DNA of 32,000 nt. It comes from Methanocaldococcus jannaschii DSM 2661. Its GTDB lineage: Archaea; AGJL01; Methanococci; Methanococcales; Methanocaldococcaceae. The stretch lies in contig NC_000909.1 in NCBI RefSeq assembly GCF_000091665.1, positions 1-32,000 on the forward strand, read 5' to 3'. A program made the translations under genes and the position numbers. The notes beneath the pieces were generated by a model, which was given only the letters and a program-made list of their open reading frames with translations, did no database searches and was not told the origin of the DNA. Shown one piece after another: positions 1-10,005 of this stretch. How positions within the stretch are numbered: the first letter of the stretch is position 1; each line of letters begins with the position of its first letter.

Positions 1-377
1 TACATTAGTGTTTATTACATTGAGAAACTTTATAATTAAAAAAGATTCATGTAAATTTCTTATTTGTTTATTTAGAGGTTTTAAATTTAATTTCTAAGGG
101 TTTGCTGGTTTGATTGTTTAGAATATTTAACTTAATCAAATTATTTGAATTTTTGAAAATTAGGATTAATTAGGTAAGTAAATAAAATTTCTCTAACAAA
201 TAAGTTAAATTTTTAAATTTAAGGAGATAAAAATACTCTGTTTTATTATGGAAAGAAAGATTTAAATACTAAAGGGTTTATATTATGAAGTAGTTACTTA
301 CCCTTAGAAAAATATGGTATAGAAAAGCTTAAATATTAAGAGTGATGAAGTATATTATGTTGTGAATGATTGCCCTA
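1..377 (+). promoter_or_regulatory. Probable CRISPR leader (AT-rich, non-coding), corresponding to the long-repeat segment next to short repeats in M. jannaschii
   Basis: AT-rich, no ORF, directly abuts the first perfect repeat at 378. The degenerate repeat is at the opposite end (2098). A BRE/TATA-like string agaaaagcttaaatat lies at 321-336, about 45 bp before the first repeat. Confidence 0.7.
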
Positions 378-2126
378 ATTAAAATCAGACCGTTTCGGAA
401 TGGAAATTTGCTCCTGCATTAGATGGAGGAGCGTATGTAGCGTATTAATTAAAATCAGACCGTTTCGGAATGGAAATTTTGCAGAGTTGTATTCTGGCAG
501 TGCGGATATTATAAATTAAAATCAGACCGTTTCGGAATGGAAAAATCTAATACAAACAGTGAAGATACTGAATACTGCGGAATTAAAATCAGACCGTTTC
601 GGAATGGAAAAACTGTCTCTTAACATATTCTGCAGTTTTACAACTTTCGAAATTAAAATCAGACCGTTTCGGAATGGAAAGCATAATTGATGAGGCTAAT
701 AGAATAGCACCTAATAGAATTAAAATCAGACCGTTTCGGAATGGAAAGATTAATGTAATACTTTTTTATAAATTTATAATGCAAAATTAAAATCAGACCG
801 TTTCGGAATGGAAAGTAATTTCTACGACTTGGATTACTTCACGATGGAAATCAAAATTAAAATCAGACCGTTTCGGAATGGAAAGATAGAAGAATTTGAT
901 GCTTTATTTGGATGTTTGAAGAATTAAAATCAGACCGTTTCGGAATGGAAAGCAGCTTGTGGCGATACCTTCAAGTTCAAAATTTTTCCCCATAATTAAA
1001 ATCAGACCGTTTCGGAATGGAAAGACTAACTTTAATTATATCCCTTTCAGCTTCCTCATCATAAATTAAAATCAGACCGTTTCGGAATGGAAAGTAGAAA
1101 TTGTCTCAATAACTGCGTTTGTTGATGGAACAATTAAAATCAGACCGTTTCGGAATGGAAAGCAAACAGCATTATAACAATTGATAGACAGAAATTCAGA
1201 ATTAAAATCAGACCGTTTCGGAATGGAAATATTGGTGAAGTAGTTGCTTATGACTTAGATAGTGGAATTAAAATCAGACCGTTTCGGAATGGAAATGACA
1301 TAATTAAAGCATAATAATACTTTAACGCTTCTTTTAAATTAAAATCAGACCGTTTCGGAATGGAAATTATATCTCCCTCCTTAACCTTTTTTTATTTAAC
1401 ATTCCCATATTAAAATCAGACCGTTTCGGAATGGAAATATCTACTTGGAACTACAACACTCACAGGTAAATCTAATATTAAAATCAGACCGTTTCGGAAT
1501 GGAAATAAGTTAAAACAATGGTTAATGTTAAGGGGGATTAAGCTGTATTAAAATCAGACCGTTTCGGAATGGAAATGACATAATTAAAGCATAATAATAC
1601 TTTAACGCTTCTTTTAAATTAAAATCAGACCGTTTCGGAATGGAAATTATTACCACCCTCTTGCTTTTAAAAAGCTTTCTAATTCTTCATTAAAATCAGA
1701 CCGTTTCGGAATGGAAATAATCCAGATTTGAATTGTTCCCAAGCATTACCGAGCCAATTAAAATCAGACCGTTTCGGAATGGAAATTTTTTATCGAAACC
1801 TTCTAAAATCATATCTCATCCCCCCAATTAAAATCAGACCGTTTCGGAATGGAAATCTTATTTTAAGTTACAAAAAAGTTTATAGTGGTTAATGATTAAA
1901 ATCAGACCGTTTCGGAATGGAAATCTTATTTTAAGTTACAAAAAAGTTTATAGTGGTTAATGATTAAAATCAGACCGTTTCGGAATGGAAATCTTATTTT
2001 AAGTTACAAAAAAGTTTATAGTGGTTAATGATTAAAATCAGACCGTTTCGGAATGGAAATCTATGTCTGTGATAGTTACAATATTATTTCCTATTTTATT
2101 AAAATCAGACCAATTCGGGATAAAAC
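378..2126 (+). CRISPR. CRISPR array: 25 identical 29-nt cores ATTAAAATCAGACCGTTTCGGAATGGAAA plus a degenerate terminal repeat
   Basis: Cores start at 378,448,515,582,652,719,786,856,923,995,1065,1133,1201,1267,1338,1409,1477,1547,1618,1689,1757,1827,1895,1963,2031. Degenerate copy attaaaatcagaccaattcgggataaaac at 2098-2126. Spacers are 37-43 nt when a 29-nt core is used. Confidence 0.99.
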
Positions 2127-2215
2127 GTTTTTCTTTATTAAACTCAATTACTCTTTTCTACACTCTTTTATTAAAATCAGAAGAGAAATGAGCATTAAAA
2201 TAAAATACTAAAAAT

Positions 2216-3343
2216 TCACTCAAAAATCTCTTTTATAATCCCTAAAGCTTTCTCTATATCTTCATATTTTGTAGCATAGCTGAACCTAATATAGTTAGCT
2301 CCATTCTCACCAAATGCAACTCCAGGAACACATAAAACCTTATTCTCAATCAATTTCTTAGCTACCTCTACCCCATCTCCATACTCAGAAACATCTGGGA
2401 ATATATAGAATGCCCCATCTGGCTTATTGACTTTAAAGATATCCTTCAATCCATTATAGATTAAATCTCTCCTCATTTTAAACTCTCTAACCATATCCTC
2501 AACACACTTTTGACTACCTCTTAAAGCTGCTAATGCCCCATATTGAGCAAAGGTTGTAGCACATGCAAAGCTATACTGATGAATCTTAATCATATTGTTG
2601 ATTAAATCTAACTCCTTATTTAGTTCATCAGAAACAGCCAAATATCCAATCCTCCATCCAGTCATGGCATAGGTTTTAGAGAAACCGTTAATTAATATGC
2701 ATCTATCAGTAAATTGCATTGGAGAGTAATGCTTCTTATCGTAGATAATCTTATCATAGACTTCATCTGAAACAATAATTAGATTATAATCCTCAGCAAT
2801 CTCTGCCAAGCCTTTTATGGTCTCCTTATCATAGACTTTTCCAGTAGGATTTGATGGAGAGTTAAATATTATTAGCTTTGTTTTTTTAGTTATTGATTCT
2901 TTAACTTTCTCTAAATCAATATTAAAGTTTTCATCTAAATCTATATTCTTAATCTTACCCTCAGCAAACTCTGTTAGTGAAAAATAAGACACAAAAGATG
3001 GATTTGGAATTAAAACCTCATCCCCTCTGTCAATCAAAGTCATAATAGATAACATTAACGCCTCTGAAGCTCCACAGGTAACAATAATATTGTCCTTATC
3101 AACGTCTAAGTTGTAATCATCCTTTAACTTATTGCTTATCTCCTCTCTAAGCTCTGGAATTCCATTGTTTGGAGAGTAGTGAGTTTTCCCCTCATCTAAA
3201 GCCCTTTTTGCAGCCTCAATGATATGCTTTGGAGTGTCAAAATCTGGCTCTCCTATTCCTAAATTTATGCAATCAGATGTAGCTAAGTTAAATATCTCCC
3301 TAATTGCTGATGGTTTTATATTTTTGCATCTACTGCTTATCAT
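2216..3343 (-). CDS. Class I/II PLP-dependent aminotransferase (aspartate aminotransferase-like)
   Basis: Fold-type I motifs: FNSPSNPTGKVYD, DEVYDKIIY, and the lysine region NGFSKTYAMTGWRIGY. Confidence 0.93.
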   Translation of the reverse strand: MISSRCKNIKPSAIREIFNLATSDCINLGIGEPDFDTPKHIIEAAKRALDEGKTHYSPNNGIPELREEISNKLKDDYNLDVDKDNIIVTCGASEALMLSIMTLIDRGDEVLIPNPSFVSYFSLTEFAEGKIKNIDLDENFNIDLEKVKESITKKTKLIIFNSPSNPTGKVYDKETIKGLAEIAEDYNLIIVSDEVYDKIIYDKKHYSPMQFTDRCILINGFSKTYAMTGWRIGYLAVSDELNKELDLINNMIKIHQYSFACATTFAQYGALAALRGSQKCVEDMVREFKMRRDLIYNGLKDIFKVNKPDGAFYIFPDVSEYGDGVEVAKKLIENKVLCVPGVAFGENGANYIRFSYATKYEDIEKALGIIKEIFE

Positions 3344-4071
3344 TCTCTCACATCCTCAAAGTATAGCTTTTTATAAAGCTCTATAGCCTTAATCTTTGCA
3401 GTTTCTGATGGCTCATCAATTAGGTTAGAGTTTTTATAGCTCTCATCTAACAATACACCCAACTCATAAAAATAGCTTTTTATTTTCTTCTTATAACTCT
3501 CATCAACTGGCTTTTTATTTACTTTACATTCAAAAAGATAGCTCACAATATCCTCATCGTAGCAATCTAAGCATCTAAATGAGCTAAAATCTGATTTAAA
3601 TTCTCCACTCTCTAAGCATAAAATACCTTGATAATAAGCTCTCAAAATATATAAAAGTGTCTTTGGATTGTTATAACTTTCTTTCTCACACAATTTTTGT
3701 AGAGGTTTGGCAAATCCCTTCCAATGATGATATAGCTTTTTGCAAATGCAATTATAAGCTATCCCTTTAACATCTTCATGATACTTCGATGAATACAAAA
3801 CCTTATCAGATAAGGCTATCTCAATAAAGTTAGCATTTGGCTTTAATAACTCTCTTAAAAACTTTCCAAGCTCAAAGCTAACAAAATCACACTTTCCAAA
3901 CATTTTATTTATAACTTCTTCTTCCTTGCTTTTATATAGGCAGTTCTTAATAAATAGCTCTCTATCCAAGATATGAGCGCCTCTGATATCTACATCACTT
4001 GGATTTGGAATCCCATACAAATCACTGCCAGAGATAACGACGAATATTGGAACTTCCATAAATATCTCCAT
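3340..4071 (-). CDS. Predicted nucleotidyltransferase (COG3541-like)
   Basis: N-terminal NTase signature GSDLYGIPNPSDVDIRG. The start overlaps the aminotransferase arrangement in a probable operon. Confidence 0.75.
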   Translation of the reverse strand: MEIFMEVPIFVVISGSDLYGIPNPSDVDIRGAHILDRELFIKNCLYKSKEEEVINKMFGKCDFVSFELGKFLRELLKPNANFIEIALSDKVLYSSKYHEDVKGIAYNCICKKLYHHWKGFAKPLQKLCEKESYNNPKTLLYILRAYYQGILCLESGEFKSDFSSFRCLDCYDEDIVSYLFECKVNKKPVDESYKKKIKSYFYELGVLLDESYKNSNLIDEPSETAKIKAIELYKKLYFEDVRE

Positions 4072-4169
4072 GCTATTGGATTTTTAATATCTCCAAAATT
4101 ATTAGAAATTCTAATTGGTAGTATTTTATAATAGGACTTATGTAATTTTTTATATAATTTTTTATAATT

Positions 4170-4566
4170 GGTATTTTGATGCTCTATTAATGGGTGGTTG
4201 TCCAATTAGAGAAACATTGAGAACTGATTATGGAGAATATTTAGCGTTTAGTTAATTAAAGGTTTATTTGGATTGTTTGTTGACGCATTGATTGGATATA
4301 TTATATTTAGTGCTACTGGAAATATTTCAGCGTTCCCATGGTTTGTTGATAATGGTTTTCACCAATCCCAGGAGACCCATTAGGCAATTATTGGAGGTTT
4401 TGGAGTTGGATTCTTTTCAGTTGTTCAAGGGGGCTGTCCTCTAAGGAATTATATTATGGCTGCTGAAGGAAACAAAACAGCTATAGCCTATCTATTTGGA
4501 TTAGCTGTTGGGGCAGTAATATTCCATAAAATAGTTGCTTCAACGGTTAAGGCAATCATGACTTAA
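4170..4566 (+). pseudogene. Decayed YedE/YeeE-family (sulfur/selenium-related) membrane transporter
   Basis: Frame 1 encodes DALLMGGCPIRETLRTDYGEYLAFS then TAA at 4253. Another frame from 4261 encodes GLFGLFVDALIGYIIFSATGNISAFPWFVDNGF...ETH-TAG(4381)-AIIGGFGVGFFSVVQGGCPLRNYIMAAEGNKTAIAYLFGLAVGAVIFHKIV...T-TAA(4564). Both GGCPxR motifs of the family are recognisable. Confidence 0.72.
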
Positions 4567-4910
4567 ACTTTTTAATTTAAATTTTTATCTCTATAAGATA
4601 TGAAAATTTTTGATATATTGTAAAGTTATTTAAAACTAAGACCAGAAAATACAAGATGTCCAAATCTAAATGTTCGTAAAATTTTGTGTGGATGATATTA
4701 GCTTTTTTAATATCCAGTTAGTAATTAAATTTTTTACCAATAACTTTATATACTCCTATTTTGAGAAAAACCAGTGATTTTATCAGAGTTAGATTATTAA
4801 AAATAATAATTGTACTTTATTTATATATTCTCATAAGGTATTGAATATCAAAAGTCATCAACTTTCCTTAAAAATTTATTTCTCTTAACATTCTATTAAA
4901 TTGTGAGAGT

Positions 4911-5381
4911 ATGAAAGGAAAAAGAATAGCCATTGTTTCTCATCGCATATTAAATCAAAATAGTGTTGTTAATGGGTTGGAAAGGGCTGAAGGAGCTTTT
5001 AATGAAGTTGTTGAGATTCTTTTAAAGAATAATTATGGAATAATACAACTTCCATGTCCAGAGTTGATTTATTTGGGAATTGATAGAGAAGGAAAAACAA
5101 AAGAGGAATATGACACAAAGGAATACAGAGAACTTTGCAAAAAACTTTTGGAACCAATAATCAAATATCTGCAAGAATATAAAAAAGACAACTATAAATT
5201 TATCTTAATTGGGATAGAAAACTCTACAACTTGTGATATTTTTAAAAATAGAGGAATTTTGATGGAAGAATTTTTTAAAGAGGTTGAAAAATTAAATATC
5301 ATCATTAAAGCAATAGAATATCCAAAAAATGAAAAAGATTACAATAAATTTGTAAAAACTTTAGAGAAGATGATAAAATGA
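4911..5381 (+). CDS. TudS-related / predicted desulfidase-like conserved protein
   Basis: N-terminus IAIVSHRILNQNSVVNGLERAEGA, LPCPELIYLGI and IENSTTCDIF resemble DUF523/TudS-like cysteine-containing proteins. Confidence 0.5.
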   Translation: MKGKRIAIVSHRILNQNSVVNGLERAEGAFNEVVEILLKNNYGIIQLPCPELIYLGIDREGKTKEEYDTKEYRELCKKLLEPIIKYLQEYKKDNYKFILIGIENSTTCDIFKNRGILMEEFFKEVEKLNIIIKAIEYPKNEKDYNKFVKTLEKMIK

Positions 5382-6109
5382 TTTTAGGGATAGATGTTGG
5401 ATCTACAACAACGAAGATGGTTCTAATGGAAGATAGCAAGATAATTTGGTATAAGATAGAGGATATTGGAGTTGTTATTGAGGAAGATATTTTATTAAAA
5501 ATGGTTAAGGAGATTGAACAAAAATATCCAATAGATAAAATCGTTGCAACTGGATATGGAAGGCATAAGGTTAGTTTTGCAGATAAGATAGTTCCAGAAG
5601 TTATTGCATTGGGAAAAGGAGCTAACTATTTCTTTAACGAGGCAGATGGAGTTATAGACATTGGAGGGCAAGATACAAAGGTCTTAAAGATTGATAAAAA
5701 CGGAAAAGTTGTTGATTTTATCCTATCAGATAAATGTGCCGCTGGAACTGGAAAATTCTTAGAAAAGGCATTAGATATTTTAAAAATTGATAAAAATGAG
5801 ATAAATAAATACAAATCAGATAATATCGCTAAAATATCTTCAATGTGTGCTGTCTTTGCTGAAAGTGAGATAATAAGCTTACTATCAAAAAAAGTTCCAA
5901 AGGAAGGCATTTTAATGGGCGTCTATGAGAGTATAATAAATAGGGTTATCCCAATGACCAATAGGCTTAAAATTCAAAACATAGTGTTTAGTGGAGGAGT
6001 TGCTAAAAATAAGGTTTTGGTTGAGATGTTTGAGAAAAAATTGAATAAAAAACTACTAATTCCAAAAGAACCACAGATTGTTTGCTGTGTTGGAGCTATA
6101 TTGGTTTAA
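5378..6109 (+). CDS. 2-hydroxyacyl-CoA dehydratase / benzoyl-CoA reductase activator ATPase (HgdC/BadF-type)
   Basis: GIDVGSTTTKMVL, DIGGQDTKVLKID, CAAGTGKFLE, CAVFAESEIISLL and VFSGGVAKN are diagnostic ASKHA activator motifs. Confidence 0.95.
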   Translation: MILGIDVGSTTTKMVLMEDSKIIWYKIEDIGVVIEEDILLKMVKEIEQKYPIDKIVATGYGRHKVSFADKIVPEVIALGKGANYFFNEADGVIDIGGQDTKVLKIDKNGKVVDFILSDKCAAGTGKFLEKALDILKIDKNEINKYKSDNIAKISSMCAVFAESEIISLLSKKVPKEGILMGVYESIINRVIPMTNRLKIQNIVFSGGVAKNKVLVEMFEKKLNKKLLIPKEPQIVCCVGAILV

Positions 6110-6110
6110 T

Positions 6111-7250
6111 TTACCTCTCAATATTAAATAGTGGTGGCAAACTGTTATCTACTCCCGGGATATAGCCTAATGTGTCTCTTATTTTTAGCTGCATTCTATG
6201 GAATATGTAAGCTAAAGGAATATCCATTGGGCATGCATCTTCACACTGCCCACAGTTTATACAACTTTGGGATATATGGCTCAATCTAATCCCTTGGAAT
6301 ATTAATGGATTTGGTGGGATTTTACCTTTTTCTTCAATGTAATCTTTTTCTAAACTACATTCAACACAGAAACATAAAGGGCAGTTATCCCTACAACCGT
6401 AGCATTTTATACATCGATTCCAATATTTTTTCCATTTTTCTAAGCTTGGATACTCTTCCTCTAAATGCTTCTTTTGGAATTTTTTAGCCAACTTTATCAT
6501 TATACTTTCAATTTTCTCCCTAACTTGTATTGCCTTCTCTGAAGGTTGTTTAATTTTAATATAACCATCTTTCTCAGCATCTTCAACTAATTTTCTCCCT
6601 CTCTCTGAACAGATTTCAACAAATGTCCAACCCTTTTCAGCCCCCCAATTCCCGCAGGCTAAATCTGCCATCCTTGGAATCATTATTTCGCATCTTTGGC
6701 AATTTTTCCTCCTACCAAAGCCTTTCTCCTCCAATTCTTCTATTTTTACAGCCTTATGCTCCCCATTCTTTAATTCGATAATAAACTTACCCTTATCAAT
6801 CTCTTCCTTAACAACATCTAATGGATTAACTTCATAAAATAATTCAATCATCTTCATGGCTGTTATTGGACTTATCGTTCCTCCACAATTCAAACCAATC
6901 ATATAAACATTGTCTAAGTTTATTTGATTTAATTTTGCCAATTCTCTAATAGCCATTGCATCACATGGCTTTGCAGGAACGGCAATCTTTTTGTCTGCTA
7001 AGTATTTTGCAATCAACTTTCCAAAGTTTGTAGGAGCACAGTGTAAAGAACCAGCAGTCTCAACCAACTCATTAGAATTCGTTATAAATGTTGGAATTCC
7101 ATCATAAACATCTTCTCCTCTCTTTAAAGCTAAAACGCCGTCAACAAGCTTTTTATCTAATAGATATTTAAATAAGGCTGTAACAGCACCACCACACTCA
7201 GCCCTCCTCAAAATCCCATTGTCTGTAGCTTGAATTAAAACGTATTTCAT
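6111..7250 (-). CDS. fdhB: Coenzyme F420-reducing formate dehydrogenase beta subunit
   Basis: FrhB/FdhB-type fold segments (CGGAVTALFKYLLDKKLVDGVLAL, CNCGGT-type region) and Fe-S motifs CIKCYGCRDNCPLCFC and CINCGQCEDACPMDIP. Adjacent to fdhA. Confidence 0.88.
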   Translation of the reverse strand: MKYVLIQATDNGILRRAECGGAVTALFKYLLDKKLVDGVLALKRGEDVYDGIPTFITNSNELVETAGSLHCAPTNFGKLIAKYLADKKIAVPAKPCDAMAIRELAKLNQINLDNVYMIGLNCGGTISPITAMKMIELFYEVNPLDVVKEEIDKGKFIIELKNGEHKAVKIEELEEKGFGRRKNCQRCEIMIPRMADLACGNWGAEKGWTFVEICSERGRKLVEDAEKDGYIKIKQPSEKAIQVREKIESIMIKLAKKFQKKHLEEEYPSLEKWKKYWNRCIKCYGCRDNCPLCFCVECSLEKDYIEEKGKIPPNPLIFQGIRLSHISQSCINCGQCEDACPMDIPLAYIFHRMQLKIRDTLGYIPGVDNSLPPLFNIER

Positions 7251-7337
7251 GATATCACCTTAGTTATTTCTTTTAAACAGGACTTTCACAGTTTATATAT
7301 CCTCAAGGTATTTAGATGCCTAAAAGCGTCAATTTCC

Positions 7338-8474
7338 TTATAGAAGTTTATTCCTGTGAATATCCTGTTGTATATCCTCTAAGGAGTTAAAGCCCAAATC
7401 ACTACCAAGCTTTTCAGCTAAGCTTTTTATTATAAGCCAATCATCCATAGCATCTCCAGGAGGATTTACAGCTTTATTTATTTTCTGAATTCTCTTATCA
7501 GTGTTTATAAACGTCCCATCCTTTTCAGCCCAGCATGTTGAAGGCAAAACAACATCTGCCATCTCCGCTGTCTCAGTCATTATAATATCTTGGACAACTA
7601 AAAATTCAACATTTTTTAAGACATCTTTATCAACTAAAGCTGGATTCTCTCCCATTATGTATAAGAACTTTGAATTTTTTAATAATTCAAAATATTCATC
7701 CTTATTTAAAGCAGGGATGCCTATAAGTGTTGCTCCAACTGTATTGCAGTGCTTCGCAACTGGCAAAACCTTAGCTTTATTTTCCTTTGCAGTTTTAATT
7801 ATCTCATCAACATTTACTGGGGCATTAATTATGATAATGGTATTTTTATCGACATTACTCAAATCAACACCTAAATAACTATCAACCTTCACAAATTCAT
7901 CGGCATTTAGCTTTAGGATTTCCTTCTCCTCTGTGTTAAAAATTGTTACCTTAGATCCTTTTTCTTTTGCCTTAATAACTTTTCTACCAATTAACGCATG
8001 TTCAGAGAAGACATCACCAATAATTATAATGTTTTTTGCGTTCTCAATATCATCAATTGTTGTAGAAACCTCAGCATAATTTACCTTTGGAGAGTTGCAG
8101 ATACAATGCCCAATTTTAGCTTTTAAGCTATCAACCAACTTTTTTAATGCGTAGTTATCTTCATTTGTGCATTTTCCAGAGGCTATGAAGGTTATATCAT
8201 CAGCATTATAATTCTTTAATTTCTCTGCAATAAAGCTTAAAGCCTCATCCCATGTAGCTTCAACAAGCTTTCCATTCTTCTTAATCAATGGCTTTTTTAA
8301 TCTCTTTTCATGATAGATTATTTTATAGCTATTTTTTCCATTTGAACAGTTTTTACCTTCATTTATTGGATGTCTCTTGTATGGATAAGTGCCAACAACT
8401 TTATCATCTTTAACAATCAAATCAATTCCACATCCAACACTACAACCTGGGCAGATAGTATGAACAACTTTCAT
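7338..8474 (-). CDS. fdhA: Compact molybdopterin oxidoreductase, formate dehydrogenase alpha-like; no recognisable C-terminal pterin-binding domain
   Basis: [36 protein letters not shown] Fe-S motif; [29 protein letters not shown]; next to fdhB. Only 378 aa. Confidence 0.8.
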
Positions 8475-8724
8475 AATATCACCTAAATGTTCTATTTGTC
8501 ATAAAAATTCTCTGTGTTTATTTTTGTCTAAGTTTTAATTTTGATTTCTAGCTTTCCTTTATCTTACTAATCTTAGATTTTTGATACCTTTTTTAATATT
8601 TATTATGTCAATGATATTACTAATATATTAATACTATTTTCAACTATCATATATAAAATTTACTACTTAATTTAAATTATTATTACTTAAATAAGATAGA
8701 ATTTTAAATAAGTATTACTACTAT

Positions 8725-8741
8725 TATTAGATTTTCTAATA
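8725..8741. promoter_or_regulatory. Palindrome TATTAGA-TTT-TCTAATA upstream of the double-cubane gene
   Basis: Perfect 7-bp arms with a 3-nt centre. Related copies at 8838-8860, 10028-10044 and 4100-4116. Confidence 0.5.
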
Positions 8742-8837
8742 TCAACTAAACCATTAAAAATTTTGAAGATAAGATTTTTATGATTAGAAATATACTCTTT
8801 TAATGAATTTCTTAAAAAAATAACCCAAATCTTCATA

Positions 8838-8860
8838 AGTTATTAGAAAATCTAATAACT
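8838..8860. promoter_or_regulatory. Palindrome AGTTATTAGA-AAA-TCTAATAACT
   Basis: Perfect 10-bp arms, 24 bp upstream of the ATG at 8884. Confidence 0.5.
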
Positions 8861-8883
8861 AAATAGATATTAAATTTGGTGAT

Positions 8884-10005
8884 ATGATGAAATTAAAGGC
8901 AATTGAAAAGTTGATGCAAAAATTCGCCAGTAGAAAAGAACAGCTATATAAGCAAAAAGAAGAAGGTAGAAAAGTTTTTGGAATGTTCTGTGCCTATGTT
9001 CCAATAGAAATAATTTTAGCAGCAAATGCAATCCCAGTTGGTTTGTGTGGAGGTAAAAATGACACAATCCCAATAGCAGAGGAGGATTTGCCAAGAAACC
9101 TATGCCCATTAATAAAATCATCCTATGGTTTTAAGAAGGCAAAAACCTGCCCTTACTTTGAAGCATCTGATATAGTTATTGGAGAAACTACCTGTGAAGG
9201 AAAGAAGAAGATGTTTGAGTTGATGGAGAGATTGGTGCCAATGCATATAATGCACCTCCCACACATGAAAGATGAAGATTCTTTGAAAATCTGGATTAAA
9301 GAAGTTGAAAAGCTAAAAGAATTGGTTGAGAAAGAGACTGGAAATAAAATAACAGAGGAAAAGTTAAAAGAGACAGTTGATAAAGTAAATAAAGTTAGGG
9401 AGTTGTTTTATAAACTCTATGAATTGAGGAAGAATAAACCAGCTCCAATTAAGGGTTTAGATGTTTTAAAATTATTCCAGTTTGCCTATTTATTGGATAT
9501 TGATGACACAATAGGGATTTTAGAGGATTTAATTGAGGAGTTAGAGGAGAGAGTTAAAAAAGGAGAAGGTTATGAAGGAAAGAGAATTTTAATAACTGGC
9601 TGTCCAATGGTTGCTGGAAACAATAAGATTGTTGAAATTATTGAGGAAGTTGGAGGAGTAGTTGTTGGTGAAGAAAGCTGCACTGGAACAAGATTCTTTG
9701 AAAACTTTGTTGAGGGCTATAGCGTAGAGGACATTGCAAAAAGATACTTTAAAATCCCATGTGCTTGTAGATTTAAAAACGATGAGAGAGTTGAAAATAT
9801 AAAGAGATTGGTTAAAGAGTTGGACGTCGATGGAGTTGTTTATTACACTTTGCAGTATTGCCATACATTTAACATAGAGGGAGCTAAGGTAGAGGAGGCA
9901 TTAAAAGAGGAGGGCATTCCAATTATAAGAATTGAAACTGACTATTCTGAAAGTGATAGAGAGCAGTTAAAAACAAGGTTGGAGGCATTTATTGAGATGA
10001 TTTAA
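8884..10005 (+). CDS. 2-hydroxyacyl-CoA dehydratase subunit-like / double-cubane cluster protein family
   Basis: [77 protein letters not shown] and [14 protein letters not shown] are typical of the HgdB/FldC/DCCP family. Confidence 0.9.

Noticed and set aside
378-2126. Self-targeting spacers against genes in this window.
   Set aside because: By eye no spacer matched another part of the window. A full genome search would be needed.
3990-4205. Track ORF of 71 aa on the minus strand.
   Set aside because: It overlaps the nucleotidyltransferase start and the YedE pseudogene start in a non-homologous frame and shows no family features.
7338-8474. Possible Sec codon in the formate dehydrogenase alpha gene.
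   Set aside because: The active-site region reads HCICNSP with a normal Cys codon and there is no in-frame TGA in the ORF or a SECIS-like hairpin in the short gap downstream.
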